Positions 10,984 through 23,784 of a DNA stretch of 64,000 nucleotides are shown piece by piece. How positions within the stretch are numbered: the first letter of the stretch is position 1; each line of letters starts with the position of its first letter. The position numbers and the translations under genes were made by a program. The stretch spans positions 4,526,001 through 4,590,000 of the forward strand of contig OX597832.1 in the NCBI GenBank assembly GCA_951406725.2, written 5' to 3'. The stretch comes from Octopus vulgaris. Taxonomy: Eukaryota. Below the pieces are notes generated by a model, which worked only from the letters and a program-made list of their open reading frames with translations, did not search any database and was not told where the DNA came from.

Positions 10984-13596
10984 CAGGGCCAAACCGCAGC
11001 TTAGAAGCCACATGCATCTCCTTGACCTTTAATATGCAGCTCATGGAAATATGTTGGCTGAGCTCCTTTTTACCTCACAGTTAATATAAAAAATAAATAA
11101 GAAAAATTTCAAGCTTTATAATTATTTACTGGCTATGAATTGAGACACCATTGGATTAAAATGTAAGTTTAATGTTCATGGTTAGTAAAAATATTTAAGA
11201 ATATAAATCCTGATTTTAATGCTAGATCTAAGTGAGGAATGGTGGGAGGCAGGGGGATTAAAGAAATTTCTGGTCAGCAAGGGTTACAGAGGAATATCAG
11301 AAGACTGAGGTCATGGGTAAGGGGATTAAAGGTTTGGGTGAGCTGAGAGAGTGAGAGTGGTCACAGGTGGCTTAATGAGTCTAGGCCCGACCACACTCAT
11401 GTCATATACATTAATGCAGTGTAACACAAGACATTGAACTGTGCAGACTTAGGTTCACTTTGGACGCAAGTTTTGTTTAAAAGTGTCTGCAAAACTTTTG
11501 TGAAGGAAGATGGCCTCTTCAAATTGTTAGAAACGAAAATATGAAGATGAAAACAGAAATTTTAAGCCAGAGTGGGAGGAAGATTTTGCATTCACCATTA
11601 AAGGAGGTAAAACTTTGTGCCTTATCTGCCATGGGTCACTCAGTCATTACAAAACCAGTTACTTGAAATGCCACTATGAAACGAACCCCCAAAACTTTTT
11701 GTATGATTATCCACCTAAATCAGAATTAAAGGAAAACAAGTTAACTGTGTTAAAATCATCCCAAAATAGCCAGCAGACACTGTTGACAGCGTCCAGTAAG
11801 GAAGTTGATACACAGACTGCAGCCAGTTTTGTTATGTCATGGAATATTGCTTGTGCTAAACGCCCATATTCTGATGGCGAATTTGTTAAGAAGAATATGG
11901 CTGAAGTTGTTGCAGTGTTAGATCCAAATAACACAAGACTTCAGCAACTCATAGAACAAACACCATTTTCATGCCACAATACAGAGAGGCGTATCTCTCA
12001 GATCAGTGAAGACAAAATGCAAAATGATTTTAAAATTTCTCTCGCATTCTGTTTATCTCTTGACAAATCAAGTCATACAAGACAACCCACAGCTGGCAGC
12101 ATTTATTCATTATGTTTCCTCTGTGAAAGAAAAGATGTTGGACTTAGTGGCATTAAAAGAAACAGCTCGTGGTGTTGACATTACAATGCACTTGACAGAA
12201 TGTTAACAAATGCAAATGTTCCACTGAATAAACTTATTAGTGTTGCAACAGCTGGAGCACCTCCAAAGTTGAGAAAAAAATGTAGGATTAATTGCCCTTA
12301 TGAAAAAGGATCACCACTTTCCATAGTTTCTCTCTGTTCATTGCATTATTCATCATGAACACCTGGCAGTCAGATACTTCGAGTATGAAGATGCTATGAA
12401 ATCTGTCCTTGAAATTGTCAATTTCATACACTTAAATGGGAGGACTCACTGACAGTTCAGAAATTTATTAAAGAACTGGAGCTTGAAGATAAACCCAGTA
12501 ATGTCTCTTTCTCTGGCATTGTGAGGTGGCAGTCAACCAGCAATGTCTTGAGTAGGTTTGTTGATCTGTTGGATCCTATTATTACTTTTCTTAAACAAAA
12601 GAAAAGATCCTGTCCTGAATTGGAAAATGATGAATGGATGCAAGATCTGATGTTCTTTACTGATACAATGAATCATCTACAAACTCTCAACTTGGCACTC
12701 CAGGGGAAATATTAAGATTGTTTCTAATCTTGCTCAAACAATTTTCAACTTTTAGAATAAAATAAGAGTTTTTCAAAGAGACATAATGTCAAGAAACTTC
12801 AGTAACTTTCCCAATCTCAGTAGGAGAGTAAATACATTCCCTGTTATTGAAAAAAAAAAACCCCACAAACTAGAAGAATGCAAAGATAAATTACGAGGAT
12901 TGTTTGATAATTTCCTAGCCAGGTTTGATGACTTGCAGAAGCTGAAGCCATGCTTTGCCATTCTTGTAAATCCATTTATGGCTGATGTGGTCAATGATGG
13001 ATGTTCAATTCTTGCACCTCTAGCTATGGAATCATCTGCTGTGGAAATGGAACTAATGGAATTACAGGAGGACCTGGGTCTAAAGATGATCCATAAATCT
13101 CAGTCCACAATTGAGTTTTGGAAACAAGTTCCTGAAATAAAATATCCTAAACTGAGGAAAACTATTGTGTGACTCATCTCAGTTTTCAGTACAACATACT
13201 GCTGTGAATCACTGTACTAGCACTAGCTAACCGCTCCAATATATCAATATTCATAAACAGGAGCAAATGTGGCTGTGTGGTAAGAAATTTGCTTCCTAAT
13301 CACATGGTTCTGGGTTCAGTCCCACTGTGAGATACCTTGGGTGTCTTCTACTAAAGCAGGGTAACCAAAGACTTGTGAGCGGATTTGGTTGATGGAAACT
13401 GAAAGAAGCCCATTGCATATGTATGTATATATCTATATATGTATGTCTTTGTGTTTATTCCCCACTATTGCTTGACAACCAATATTGGTGAGTGTTAATT
13501 CCCATAATCTAGTGGTTTGACAAAAGAGACCAATAGAATAAGTACTAGGCTTAAAAAAATGATGTACAATCCTTACAAACCAACACCTGACAGCTA
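10984..13596 (+). mobile_element. hAT (Charlie/SPIN/GTF2IRD2-type) DNA transposon, pseudogenised transposase, 3'-truncated
   Basis: Left end CAGGGCCAAACCGCAGC...AGCCACATGCA is Charlie TIR-like. ATG at 11510 begins KRKYEDENRNFKPEWEEDF..CLICH (BED finger), followed by LSLD, HCIIHHE, VRWQS, LNLALQG and FSTTYCCES motifs, with multiple stops and frameshifts. Confidence 0.9.
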
Positions 13597-14999
13597 ATTC
13601 CTAGAGCCTTGACAACATATCAGTCAGATTTTCAACAACTCACAGCCAAGATGAAGACCCACAAGACCTACTAGCAGTAAATAGGGACTTTAATAGCCCG
13701 ATATTTGTAGCCCTGTCTGTTTGTCATAAAATCACTTCAAATCATTCCAAAAATGATTCTATGCTCATTCGTTTTGATGATGAAGTTTTTCAGGAGGATA
13801 TTCAAAGCATTTTCCCTGTCTTCCAAAAATTTTAGGGAATATACTTAAACTTCCTGCACCCCTGTTCCTGAGTCAATGCAACTACATCTGATTGGCTGAA
13901 ATTCTAAAAAAATTTCAGATTTTAAAGGTTCATAACTACTTCATTCTTAATTTCTCCAAAAATAGTTATGATTTTCTCAAAATAGTATGAAAACTATATC
14001 TGTGGAGAAATTTTCCAAATTAATTAGACTGATGTGTGAAACCAAGAGATCCAAAATGTTCAAACATTGCACTTTATCACTGATAAAAATTAATTAATTA
14101 AAGACTATTTAAATACTGTATATAATTCTTATTACTTAAAGATGTTTACAATTGATAATATACAGTTTTTATGAATGTACACATCATATACATTCATAAT
14201 ACCCTTTCTACTGAACTGTGAGAATTAATTCTGTTAACAATTGTGTGGTCAATGAAAACTCTGTAAGTCTGCAATGGGACTAATATTTGGCTCTGCTTTG
14301 TAAATAATGTAGGTTAAGACATTAGAATCAAGTAATGATAAGTCAATCAATAAAATTGCCAACTGAAAATACAGCCCTTTTCTTCAAAAAGTAGAATAAG
14401 ACTAGAACATTCTTCCATTGAACAAAGCAAAATTTAAATAAAACTTTATTGTAACCTGTTCATATCTGGAAATTTATTATTTCAAAGATAAACAGTGATA
14501 TTTTAACTAGTAGGTTATAAATGAAGGTTCAAGTCTAGTTACATTTAAACATCAAATTCTAATCATAAGCATTTTAATCTCTGTAATAGTAAAGATTAAA
14601 ACACGTAATCCAATAAATAAATAAATACATAAATCCTGTAATCATTAATGGCTTAATCATTCTTAATAAAAAATTCATTTCCATTATCAGTGAATTCTTA
14701 AAACTTCCAAATTAGGAAAAACTTACACTCTTATCTATTTATTTTTTAATTAATAAATCAGAAGAGAAGAGAGAGTTTCCATATATTTGAGGCATTTAAA
14801 GACAGAGATAAGCATAAATGAATGTGACAGAATGCAGCTGAGATTTGTCTTTAATTGTTAGAAATCTGTGGTTTGGTAGAGAAGGAGTTTAAGAGAAAGA
14901 CAACTCTTAGTGGGAAGGAATTAGACAAAGCTGTTCCAGATTGCTAAGCAATCTATCTGTGTTATTTTAGATGTTGGAGAAAAGCGTATTCAGAATGAC

Positions 15000-15850
15000 A
15001 GCAACACACTTAGTCTCAATGACATCAAGAAAAAACTTTGAACTGTTACTACAAAAGATTGGTAAATGTAGAGAATGCATGGGAAAAGAGGAACTATCTG
15101 AAATATGCCAAACAGAGAAACCAGTTTTTTGGAGCTGGCAGCAATATGGTTGTGAGCATGATTAAGGAATTGAAGGCAATGAAAGCAAATGGATCAGGAA
15201 TACTTATTGAAATGCTGAAAATATTTAGTTAAGTAGGGATCATGGTAGCCATGGAGTACATGATATCATACACACTGACTGGTGATGCAGTATCATCAAC
15301 TACTGTAGAGGTACTGAAGATGCATTAAAATTACAACTAAGGAAATATCAAACTAATGGACCAAATTATAAAAGTAACAGAAAGTGTCATAGCAAAGATA
15401 ATTAGGAACAGAATTAGCTTTGATGGGATGCAATATATGTTTGTGCCAGGATGAAGTATCACAAATATTCAATTCCTAGTGAGACAGCTACAGAAGTTCT
15501 TAGCAGAAAGCAAGCCATTAAACATAGCATTTGTCAACTTGGAGTAAGCTTTTGACAAGTACAATATTCTGTAGTGTGGTGATCACTAAGAAAATTAGGT
15601 ACAGATAAATGTTAGAGTTGTGCTGGCTATATAAATAAATATCATTAACAATGTGAGGTCCACCAATAAGTTTAGGTATGTGACAGAAAAGTTGGGTTCT
15701 AACCTGCGTTATGTTTGTAACAGTTCAACTGACTATAATAGAAGAGATTGACTGTCCTTGGAAATATATGTATGAGCTAGCTCTTATAACATCTGTCAAG
15801 ATTTTGGAGAAACATTCCAAACAGTGAAACCAAGTCAAGAATTGAGAGAC
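15000..15850 (+). mobile_element. Decayed RTE-clade LINE reverse transcriptase fragment
   Basis: Remnants ENAWEK, MKANGSGILIEMLKI, IKLMDQIIKVTE, MQY.FVPG, FLVRQLQK, IAFVNLE*AFD. Confidence 0.75.
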
Positions 15851-16902
15851 TACAAAGTTGTAGCAGATTTCTATCTCAAATTGAACATGGATATCTTTAT
15901 CAATTAGAAGAATTTAATGAACAACAAACTACGCTTTTTCAACTTTGGTGTTGAAATCATGAAAGATCTAACAAATGACATCCATCAACTACTTATCAAA
16001 TTCTTTGAATGACAGCAAAAATCTGAGCAATGGTGTTCTATATAGGAATTCTTGTTGTCTTGTTAAGACAGCTCATAGGTGAAAGCATCAACACAAACTG
16101 GTCCAATCAGATTTGTCACTAGCAGTCAAGGGTTGGTGACAGAAAATGAGCAAAACTTGAACTGGTAAATAGTTCAGTAAATAGCAAGGTAATGTCTATT
16201 AGCCAGTCTAGGAGACAAGATGCTATTGGCAAATAAAGACAACAGAAATTGATGGTTTGAATTGGGAGCAACAAAGCATGACTGCAAACAGAATACTCCT
16301 ATCATCTAAATAATTTCAAACTGATTCTATTTTGACAATCTGCCAGCAAAAATATATACACTAACACTAGCTAACCACTCCAATATATCAATATTCATAA
16401 CCAGGAGCAAACGTGGCTGTGTGATAAGAAATTTGCTTCCCAATCACATGGTTCTGGGTTCAGTCCCACTGTGAGATACCTTGGGTGTCTTCTACTAAAG
16501 CAGGGTAACCAAAGACTTGTGAGTGGATTTGGTTGATGGAAACTGAAAGAAGCCCATTGCATATGTATGTATATATCTATATGTGTATGTCTTTGTGTTT
16601 ATTCCCCACTATTGCTTGACAACCAATATTGGTGAGTGTTAATTCCCATAACTTAGTGGTTTGGCAAAAGAGACCAATAGAATAAGTACTAGGCTTAAAA
16701 AAATAAGTCCTGTGGTTGATTTGTGCAACTAAAACCCCTCAAGGCAGTGCCTCAGCATAGTTTCAGACAAATGACCAACACATGTAGGAGTACTTTATAT
16801 AGAAAGTACACCTACATGATATCATGAAATGAACCTCTGTTTTTTTCTGTTCTTCCCTTTTCACTCCACCAGGCCATCAAGTATAGCAGGTCTTTCAAAG
16901 AA

Positions 16903-17250
16903 CAGTGATTCTCAACCATTTTTTATCAATGGACTATTACTTTTTGATTACTATTTTATTCTGGTGAACCCCCATAGCCATTTGATGTTTAAAAGCTAGT
17001 TTTATCGATACTTCTTTCAAAGTTCCTATTTTGCTTTTCACACTTTAACTTTTGTAGTTCGAGCTATGTTAAATGTTAGAGAAAGAAACATAGCCGTTTC
17101 TTGCAATACATACATTCAAATTAAAACTTTACATGGTTACTTAAAATACTACTTTGGATCCACAATTTACTATTTCGTTAGTGTCCCCCACCCCACCCCC
17201 ATCTTGTATGGACCACCAGAAGTCATATGGACCCTGGTTGAGAACCACTA
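16903..17250. mobile_element. hAT-Charlie (MER5-like) MITE
   Basis: TIRs CAGTGATTCTCAACC ... GGTTGAGAACCACTA; TSD not cleanly preserved. Confidence 0.75.
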
Positions 17251-18299
17251 CTCTAAAGTAACAATGATTACATGATGATGCACTGATTTTGACTAATATT
17301 CATTTTGTCAACTCTGACTCATCCTCATATTGTTACAAAGTAAATCTAGAAATGACAAAGGCTTTAGATAGTAGCTTTAGTTAGTAGGAAAGAGATCTGT
17401 ACTCAGTTGTCATATAGGAAGTGGCCATACTTAATAGAAGGCAAATGAGTTGGCAAGAATTCTATATGTTCTGACTAAACTAAACTACAGGTGTACAAGA
17501 AGCATAGTGGGATCACAGGCAGATTGAGAGAGAAGGAGGTCTTCATATACATAGGAAATATTCAAAGTTTGAAAGGCTGCATAAAAGTAGTCAACAGCTT
17601 TTCCTTCTAAGGTGGTCAAATTAACGACAGAGGTGGGGACTTCAAATGCATGATAGTCAGAGAAAAATGGGTTTGGCAGATATTTCCTCTGCTGGCAACA
17701 AAAGGATTCTCTCAAATGTAGGGCAGAGTGTATGGCACTTTTCACAAATTGTTATGTTGCATGGAGACCAAACACGGGCCCGAAATCGGTGGCAGATCAT
17801 GCACTGAGTGGACTGTCGACGGTGGCCACTTTACGTAAGAGTGTTTACTGTAATTGGAGTTATGCTTTGTTTAAGAAAATGAGTGGTCAAAACCTATGCT
17901 ACGTTACTACATACTAAATGTTGAGATGTGGAAGCTGGAGAAAAAAATGAGACAAGGGAATCGAACTCACAACCTCGCGATTGTAACCCCGACGCTCTGA
18001 TCACTGAGCCATATACCTACATACACACACACACACTATTCGAGTAAGTCGACAAACGAAAGAAAGTTACACATTTTGTAGGAGTTAATTTGATTCGAGT
18101 CCGTGTAACAATGTTTCGTGGGTTCGTAAAAACGAACCTAGCTCTTATACAACGAGCTTCCACTGCGGAGGCAATGAGAAAACACACACACAAGACATTA
18201 GTCGGTCTGGGGTTTAAGATTACACTTGTCCAAGGACCGAACCTAAAGCTACGGGGTTGCACAGCGATCCTCTTATAATCACACAGCTATGCCTGTGTC

Positions 18300-18745
18300 T
18301 GTATATAGAATTTATTTACATATTAACGTTTAATAAAAACACTTTCCCCCAGTTTTGATTCGCTTTCTAATATCTTACTGTTTTCTCCGTAAAAACAAAG
18401 AAACTAAAAAAAATTATATATCGAAATTTAATTTTAAAATGTATTTTCCGATTAATCACCAAAACAAATTTTAACGCTTAAAAATACTTATTACTAATCA
18501 CATTCAAGAAAGAGTTCATCTCGTATATTTTCTTGAGTCAGAAGTATTGAAAAGTTACATGTGACTCACAAACAGCCGTTTACCGCACCTTCGAACACAG
18601 ATTTATAATAGCCGTGCTTTTGTTAAATCTGTCAGTTTATTTAAAGTGCGCTGAATGAAGGGAAGAAGTTAAGGTAGTTTTAAAGTTAGCTCCCTTGGAC
18701 TGTGCTTCTATTGCATTTTCAGATATAACTTCATTATTTATATAC
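18300..18745. promoter_or_regulatory. Candidate promoter/first-exon region
   Basis: Non-repetitive island inside a ~17.8-19.6 kb zone where CpG dinucleotides are visibly retained, in contrast to the CpG-depleted surroundings. Contains TGAGTCA/TGACTCA (AP-1-like) sites near 18535 and 18562 and a possible minus-strand donor GCG|GTAAAC at 18583. Confidence 0.3.
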
Positions 18746-18747
18746 AT

Positions 18748-18966
18748 TGGCAGACACGTTAGCGCGCCGGGCGAAATGCTTAGCGATATTTCGTCTGTCG
18801 TTACGTTCTGAGTTCAAATCCCACCGAGGCCAACTTTGCCTTTCATCCTTTCGAGGTCGATAAATAAAGTACCAGTTTCGCACTGGGGGCGATATAATCG
18901 ACTCAATCCCTTCGTCTGTCCTTGTTTGTCCCCTCTATGTTTAGCCCCTTCTGGGCAGTAAAGAAA
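18748..18966 (+). mobile_element. tRNA-derived SINE with Meta-domain-like core
   Basis: TGGCAGACACGTTAGC head, GAGTTCAAATCC B-box, GCCTTTCATCCTTTCGAGGTCGATAAATAAAGTACCAG core. Other copies at ~25885-25960 plus 26390-26520 (split by a CORE-SINE), 27370-27550(-), 56888-57102. Confidence 0.75.
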
Positions 18967-19092
18967 TATATATATATATCATCAATGTATCATATATCAG
19001 AAAAAGAAGCACTCTAGAACAGTAATGTGTTTATATGTAGCTAAGACCATTAGTCAGTCTGTGAGTTAACATAGACTTAACTACATATAATA

Positions 19093-19163
<71 letters not shown>

Positions 19164-20989
19164 AGATAGATAGATAGATAGATAGATATAGGCACAGAAG
19201 TGGCTGTGGGGTAAGTAGCTTGATCATCAACCACATGGTTCCAGTTTCAGTCTCACTGCATGGCACCTTGGGCAAGTATCTTCTACTATAGCTCTGGGCC
19301 GACCAAAGCCTTGTGAGTAGATCTGGTAGACGGAAACTGAAAGAAGCCTATTCTATCATCATCATCATCATCATCGTTTAACGTCCGCTTTCCGCGCTAG
19401 CACGGGTTGGACGGTTTGACCGGGTCTGGGAAGCCAGGGGCCGCTCCAGGCTCCAGTCTGAATCTGGCAGAGTTTCTACGGCTGGATGCCCTTCCTAACG
19501 CCAACCACTCCGTGAGTGGATTGGGTGCTTTTTACGTGCCACCTGCACAGGGGCCGGAGGGTCCGGCATCGTCACGATCGGTTCGAGCATTTTAACGTGT
19601 CAGCGGCACGGGGGCAACGAGGTCCGGGGTACTTTGGGGATCGGGGTATATATATATATATGTATATGTATGTGTTTGTGTGTCTGTGTTTGTGCCCCCA
19701 ACTTCACAACCGATGCTGGTGTGTTTATGTCCCCGTAACTTAGCAATTCAGCAAAAAGTGACTGATAGAATAAGTACTAGGCTTATAAAGAATAAGTCCT
19801 GGGGTCAATTTGCTCAACTAAAGGCGGTGCTCCAGCATGGCTATCTATCAAATCTATCTATCTATCTATCTATCTATCTATAAATAGAATAGATAGAATA
19901 GATAGATAGATATACAGGCACAGAAGTGGCTGTGGGGTAAGTAGCTTGATCATCAACCACATGGTTCCAGTTTCAGTCTCACTGCATGGCACCTTGGGCA
20001 AGTATCTTCTACTATAGCTCTGAGCCGACCAAAGCCTTGTGAGTAGATCTGGTAGACGGAAACTGAAAGAAGCCTATTCTATATATATATATGTATATGT
20101 TTGTGCCCCCAACTTCACAACCGATGCTGGTGTGTTTGCGGTTTGGCAAAAGAGACCGATAGAATAAGTACTAGGCTTACAAAGAATAAGTCCTGGGGTC
20201 GATTTGCTCGACAAAAGGCGGTGCTCCAGCATGGCCATATACAGGGTGGCCCAAAAGTTACTGAGGGATTGCAATTTTTGATAATTCTTTTATTTTTTGA
20301 CATTTTCTTTTCTTTTCATGGTTTTTATGAACCAGGTCCTGAAAATTTATAATGAAAAAATATGGCACCGCACAATGCACCCAGTGTTGAAATTGTTCTA
20401 TCAAAATCAGGGGTTAATTATTCAAATCCATAACACTTTTGTCTTGGTAATTCCTCTGTAGAAATCCATAATACTTTTGTATAAAATTCATTATACTATC
20501 CAGTAATCCAAATATAGTTCATAATACAAAATAAAATTATATTTTAAATTATATGTGTAGTTGTAAAATTATAAACTGGTCAAAATATTTCTTTTATATT
20601 TTTATTTTTATAATTGGAAGATGCCAATTAAAATTTTAGATTTTTAAATTTAATGCAACAGAGGAATTACCAAGACAAAAGTATTATGGATTGCTACAGA
20701 GGAATTACCAAGAAGACATACGAATTTCAAGAGTCCCATACTAAAGTGTATACAAATTTCACATTTCTAAACTAACTATGTGAACTACATTTGGAATACA
20801 AGATAATATAATGGATTTTACATATGAATATTATGATTATTGCAGAGGAATAACCAAATAAGTATATATGGATTTAAAAACACTCATCAAAAGCAGTAAT
20901 TTTTAATTTTCAATCTATCTTTCAAACAAACACCATTTTATAGTTTTACTTCAAATTTAAAAAAATTCGATATGTTATGCAACTTGTTC

Positions 20990-23110
20990 TAGCATTTCTG
21001 TGAGACTTTTGTATCATCCAATTAGCTAAGGGCATATCTGAGAGGGCCACTATGGAAAGCAATGATACCAAGACAGTGCTCTGTGGAACACTACTCACTA
21101 CTTGTGTTTCCCTTGGCCACCACTCTCCAAGTTTTCCAGCTATGCCAAAATCAAGCAGTTTGTGGCATATCACACCATAATCAACTTTATCAAAAGCTTT
21201 TGCAAAGTCAAGGTGTATTACATTTATATTTGAGTTGTAAAGTAATTGCTACAACACCCAGTCATAGTGCTGTAGGAGCTGTGTCAGGCAGCTCCTACTT
21301 GATCGAAAACCATGCTGAGTATTACTCAGCAAGTCGTTTTCTTCAAGGAATGCGATTAGTTTCCCTCTGACTATTCGTTCCATGACTTTGCTGATGTGTG
21401 AAGTCAGAAAGATAGGCCTATAATTTTTGGCATCTGCTCTACTTCTTCCTTTATGAATTGGGCATATTATTCCCTCCTTCAGTTTGCTTGGCAGCTTGCC
21501 ATTTGCAAGAAAACTCTGGAAGAGAATCAGTGCTACTATAATCTGATATCTACCATTCATTTTCTACTATAATATGATATCTCCCAACTGTTGGTAGTAT
21601 GAAATACTTTGGTGTGACATTATCATGCTACAAACTTTATGACACATATTAAACCAGTCTGTAATAGTATTAGGCAACTTTCCAGTAAAGGCTATTGTAG
21701 TACTCATCAGGATTTTGTGAATAAAATTTCACACACACTCGATCTGCTATTGATCTTCCTATTTAAATTGATATAATGGAAAAACTGATTTCCTTCCCAA
21801 ACTGAATGATATGCTTGACACCCTTTTTTCAGACATTCTCAATATTGGCTGGGATTCTCCTGTTCTATTCCTCTTTTTTCTTTTTCTTGTGTTTGTGTTT
21901 CACATTTATGACAAGGAAGTATATTTTCCTGTCTGGTTAATCAGATTGTGCTCTCTCAAATAGGACAGCACTTCATCTTCCCTTGAGATTATTTTGTAGA
22001 AGTCTCTGGCCTGTATGGTGCTAGTGTGAACAACTTAATGGGCTAGAATTAATTGCTGAAGGCCGTAAATGGGTTGTTTGGTAGAGTGCATTATCATTTA
22101 CGTTAGGTTGCAAATAGCAAGGTAGATATCATACTATAGTAGCACTAGAGATTCTGTAGGGGTTTTGTCAGGGCATGTTTGCACAGTTTGAAGAGGATTA
22201 CTGGGAAACCACCGGGGCCAGCAGCTGAGTTTGCGTCCATCTCATCTATGGCTAATATTATATCTTCTTCCCCAATGTCAATGTAATCCATTGTAACTGC
22301 CTCCCTGGCAAGGAAATCCACTGGTTCATTCACTTCTCTGTGTTCCAATAGGGTAATAATAACACTTTTGAACTGGTCATTCAGTACTTCACTGATCCTG
22401 GTTGGGTTATCTGTGAGGGAGCCATTCTTCTGAAAGAGGGGTCCTATTTTGCAACGTACTGAGGTCGTTTCTTTGGCATAATGAAAGAAGGCTTTGGGTT
22501 TGACTTTATGCTTATATAACCCAGGCTTATATTTCTGCTCTCTCTTTCACATAGGATTGTTACAGGCATTTTTCAATCTCCATCAGTGTTGTTTTTAGGC
22601 AGGATCTTTCACTACTTTTGGGATGTTGGTTGAAGTGATTTGCAACCTTTGTCCGTTGTCCCATAAGGATCTTCCACTCCCATGGAATCTCATTCTTTTT
22701 TGTGTTGGCCTTGTGCTCTGGGACATATTTGTAACACATGGCTTGCATAACAGACATAATATACTCTAGTTTCATGCCAATGTGTGGAGAGACATTTCAG
22801 CCAATCCTGTCTGAGGATCTCTTTTTGGATTGAATTCCAATCCACTTTGTGGAAGTTTAAACTGGAGAGATTTTGGCTGCTTCCTTTAGACTGTATGTCT
22901 GTGGCTACTTTTGCTACATACATAGACAGCTCTATTTTGTTGTGATCTGAAACTAATGTCAGCATCACTTTCATATTATGAACAATGTCCATATTGTTTG
23001 TGAAGTAAAGATCCAATATGTTATTTGCCCTGGCCCTGGTTGGTTGGGGCACAATTTGCTCCATGAATAGGGCATTGGTAAGGTTGAGCAGGGACTCCAC
23101 CTGTACTTGT
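20990..23110 (-). mobile_element. CR1-clade LINE fragment (endonuclease end to RT), decayed, interrupted by a Merlin element
   Basis: ORFs show QPTR..NNILDLYFTN, SDHNKI, SAAGPGG, PIHKG....KNYRPI.LTSHISKVMERIV, QHGFRSSRSCLTQLL and SVPQSTVL. Confidence 0.9.
21529..22146 (-). mobile_element. Internally deleted Merlin (ISXO2-like) DNA transposon
   Basis: 26-bp TIRs AGTGCTACTATA(A/G)T(C/A)TGATATCTACC and 8-bp TSD AGAGAATC/AGAGATTC. Removal restores the CR1 frame PLQILFQ. Interior 21671-21627 encodes NTITDWFNMCHKVCS, like the Merlin TxxDWxNFCREVC motif. Confidence 0.75.
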
Positions 23111-23169
23111 TTGTAATGAGTCATTACACACATACACACACACACACATACAGATATGTGCAAAAGAGT

Positions 23170-23480
23170 TCGCTATAGCTGGTTCAGATGCATTTTTTTA
23201 GTCGTTATATGTTGTCCATGTCAAATACTTTAGTGGGATCAACAAAGCATTGATACAAGTCAAGATTCTGCTTAATATACTTTTCTTGAATTTGTCATTA
23301 GTTCTTCTTTGTACCCTAAAACCAATTTGTGGTTCTGGAAGAATGTCATTTGCCACTGTGGAAATTAATCTGTTCAGCAGAACTCATGCAAAAACTTTGT
23401 CCACCACTGAGAGCAGCAAGATGCCATGGAAATTTCAGCACTTAGATTTCCCATCCTTCTTAAACAGAGACACCAAGGTT
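23170..23480 (-). mobile_element. RTE LINE RT fragment
   Basis: Minus-strand remnants GILLLSVVDKVFA, ILPEPQIGFR, LDLYQCFVDPTKVFD. Confidence 0.7.
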
Positions 23481-23571
23481 GCACCTCTTTAGTTTTGAGG
23501 TGTTGACAAGTCTCATACATGAGAGATAACCTCGTACAGCATATGGCATGTGGAGATAACCACAGGCATAT

Positions 23572-23648
23572 GACATAGTGGTTAAGAGAGCGGGCTACTA
23601 ACTACAAGATTCCGAGTTCGATTCCAAGCAGTGACCTGAATAATAATG

Positions 23649-23699
<51 letters not shown>

Positions 23700-23780
23700 C
23701 TGCCACCGCCACCGCCAATGACGACAACAACGATGACAACGTGACGACGATAACAACGATGATGATAATAATAATAAGAA
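23572..23780 (+). mobile_element. Short tRNA-derived SINE head with (TAA)n/(GAC/AAC)n tail
   Basis: GACATAGTGGTTAAGAG...GAGTTCGATTCC, then TGACCTGAATAATAA repeats. Confidence 0.65.
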
Positions 23781-23784
23781 CAAC

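Noticed and set aside
11510-13220. Domesticated hAT gene (GTF2IRD2/EPM2AIP1/ZBED-like)
   Set aside because: Multiple stops and frameshifts, a retained TIR-like end and an interrupting insertion indicate a dead transposon.
17485-17745. 86-aa non-repetitive-looking ORF
   Set aside because: No recognisable family or splice signals; more likely a decayed LINE 3' fragment.
21675-21715. Minus-strand CUGAUGA-GUA...UAC-U-GGAAA hammerhead-like string
   Set aside because: Lies within the Merlin transposase remnant; no stem I or stem III, and spacing before GAAA is wrong.
23572-23636. tRNA gene (also 17950-18013 and 46810-46885)
   Set aside because: A/B boxes are present but there is no complete cloverleaf/acceptor stem; followed by SINE bodies or simple-repeat tails.
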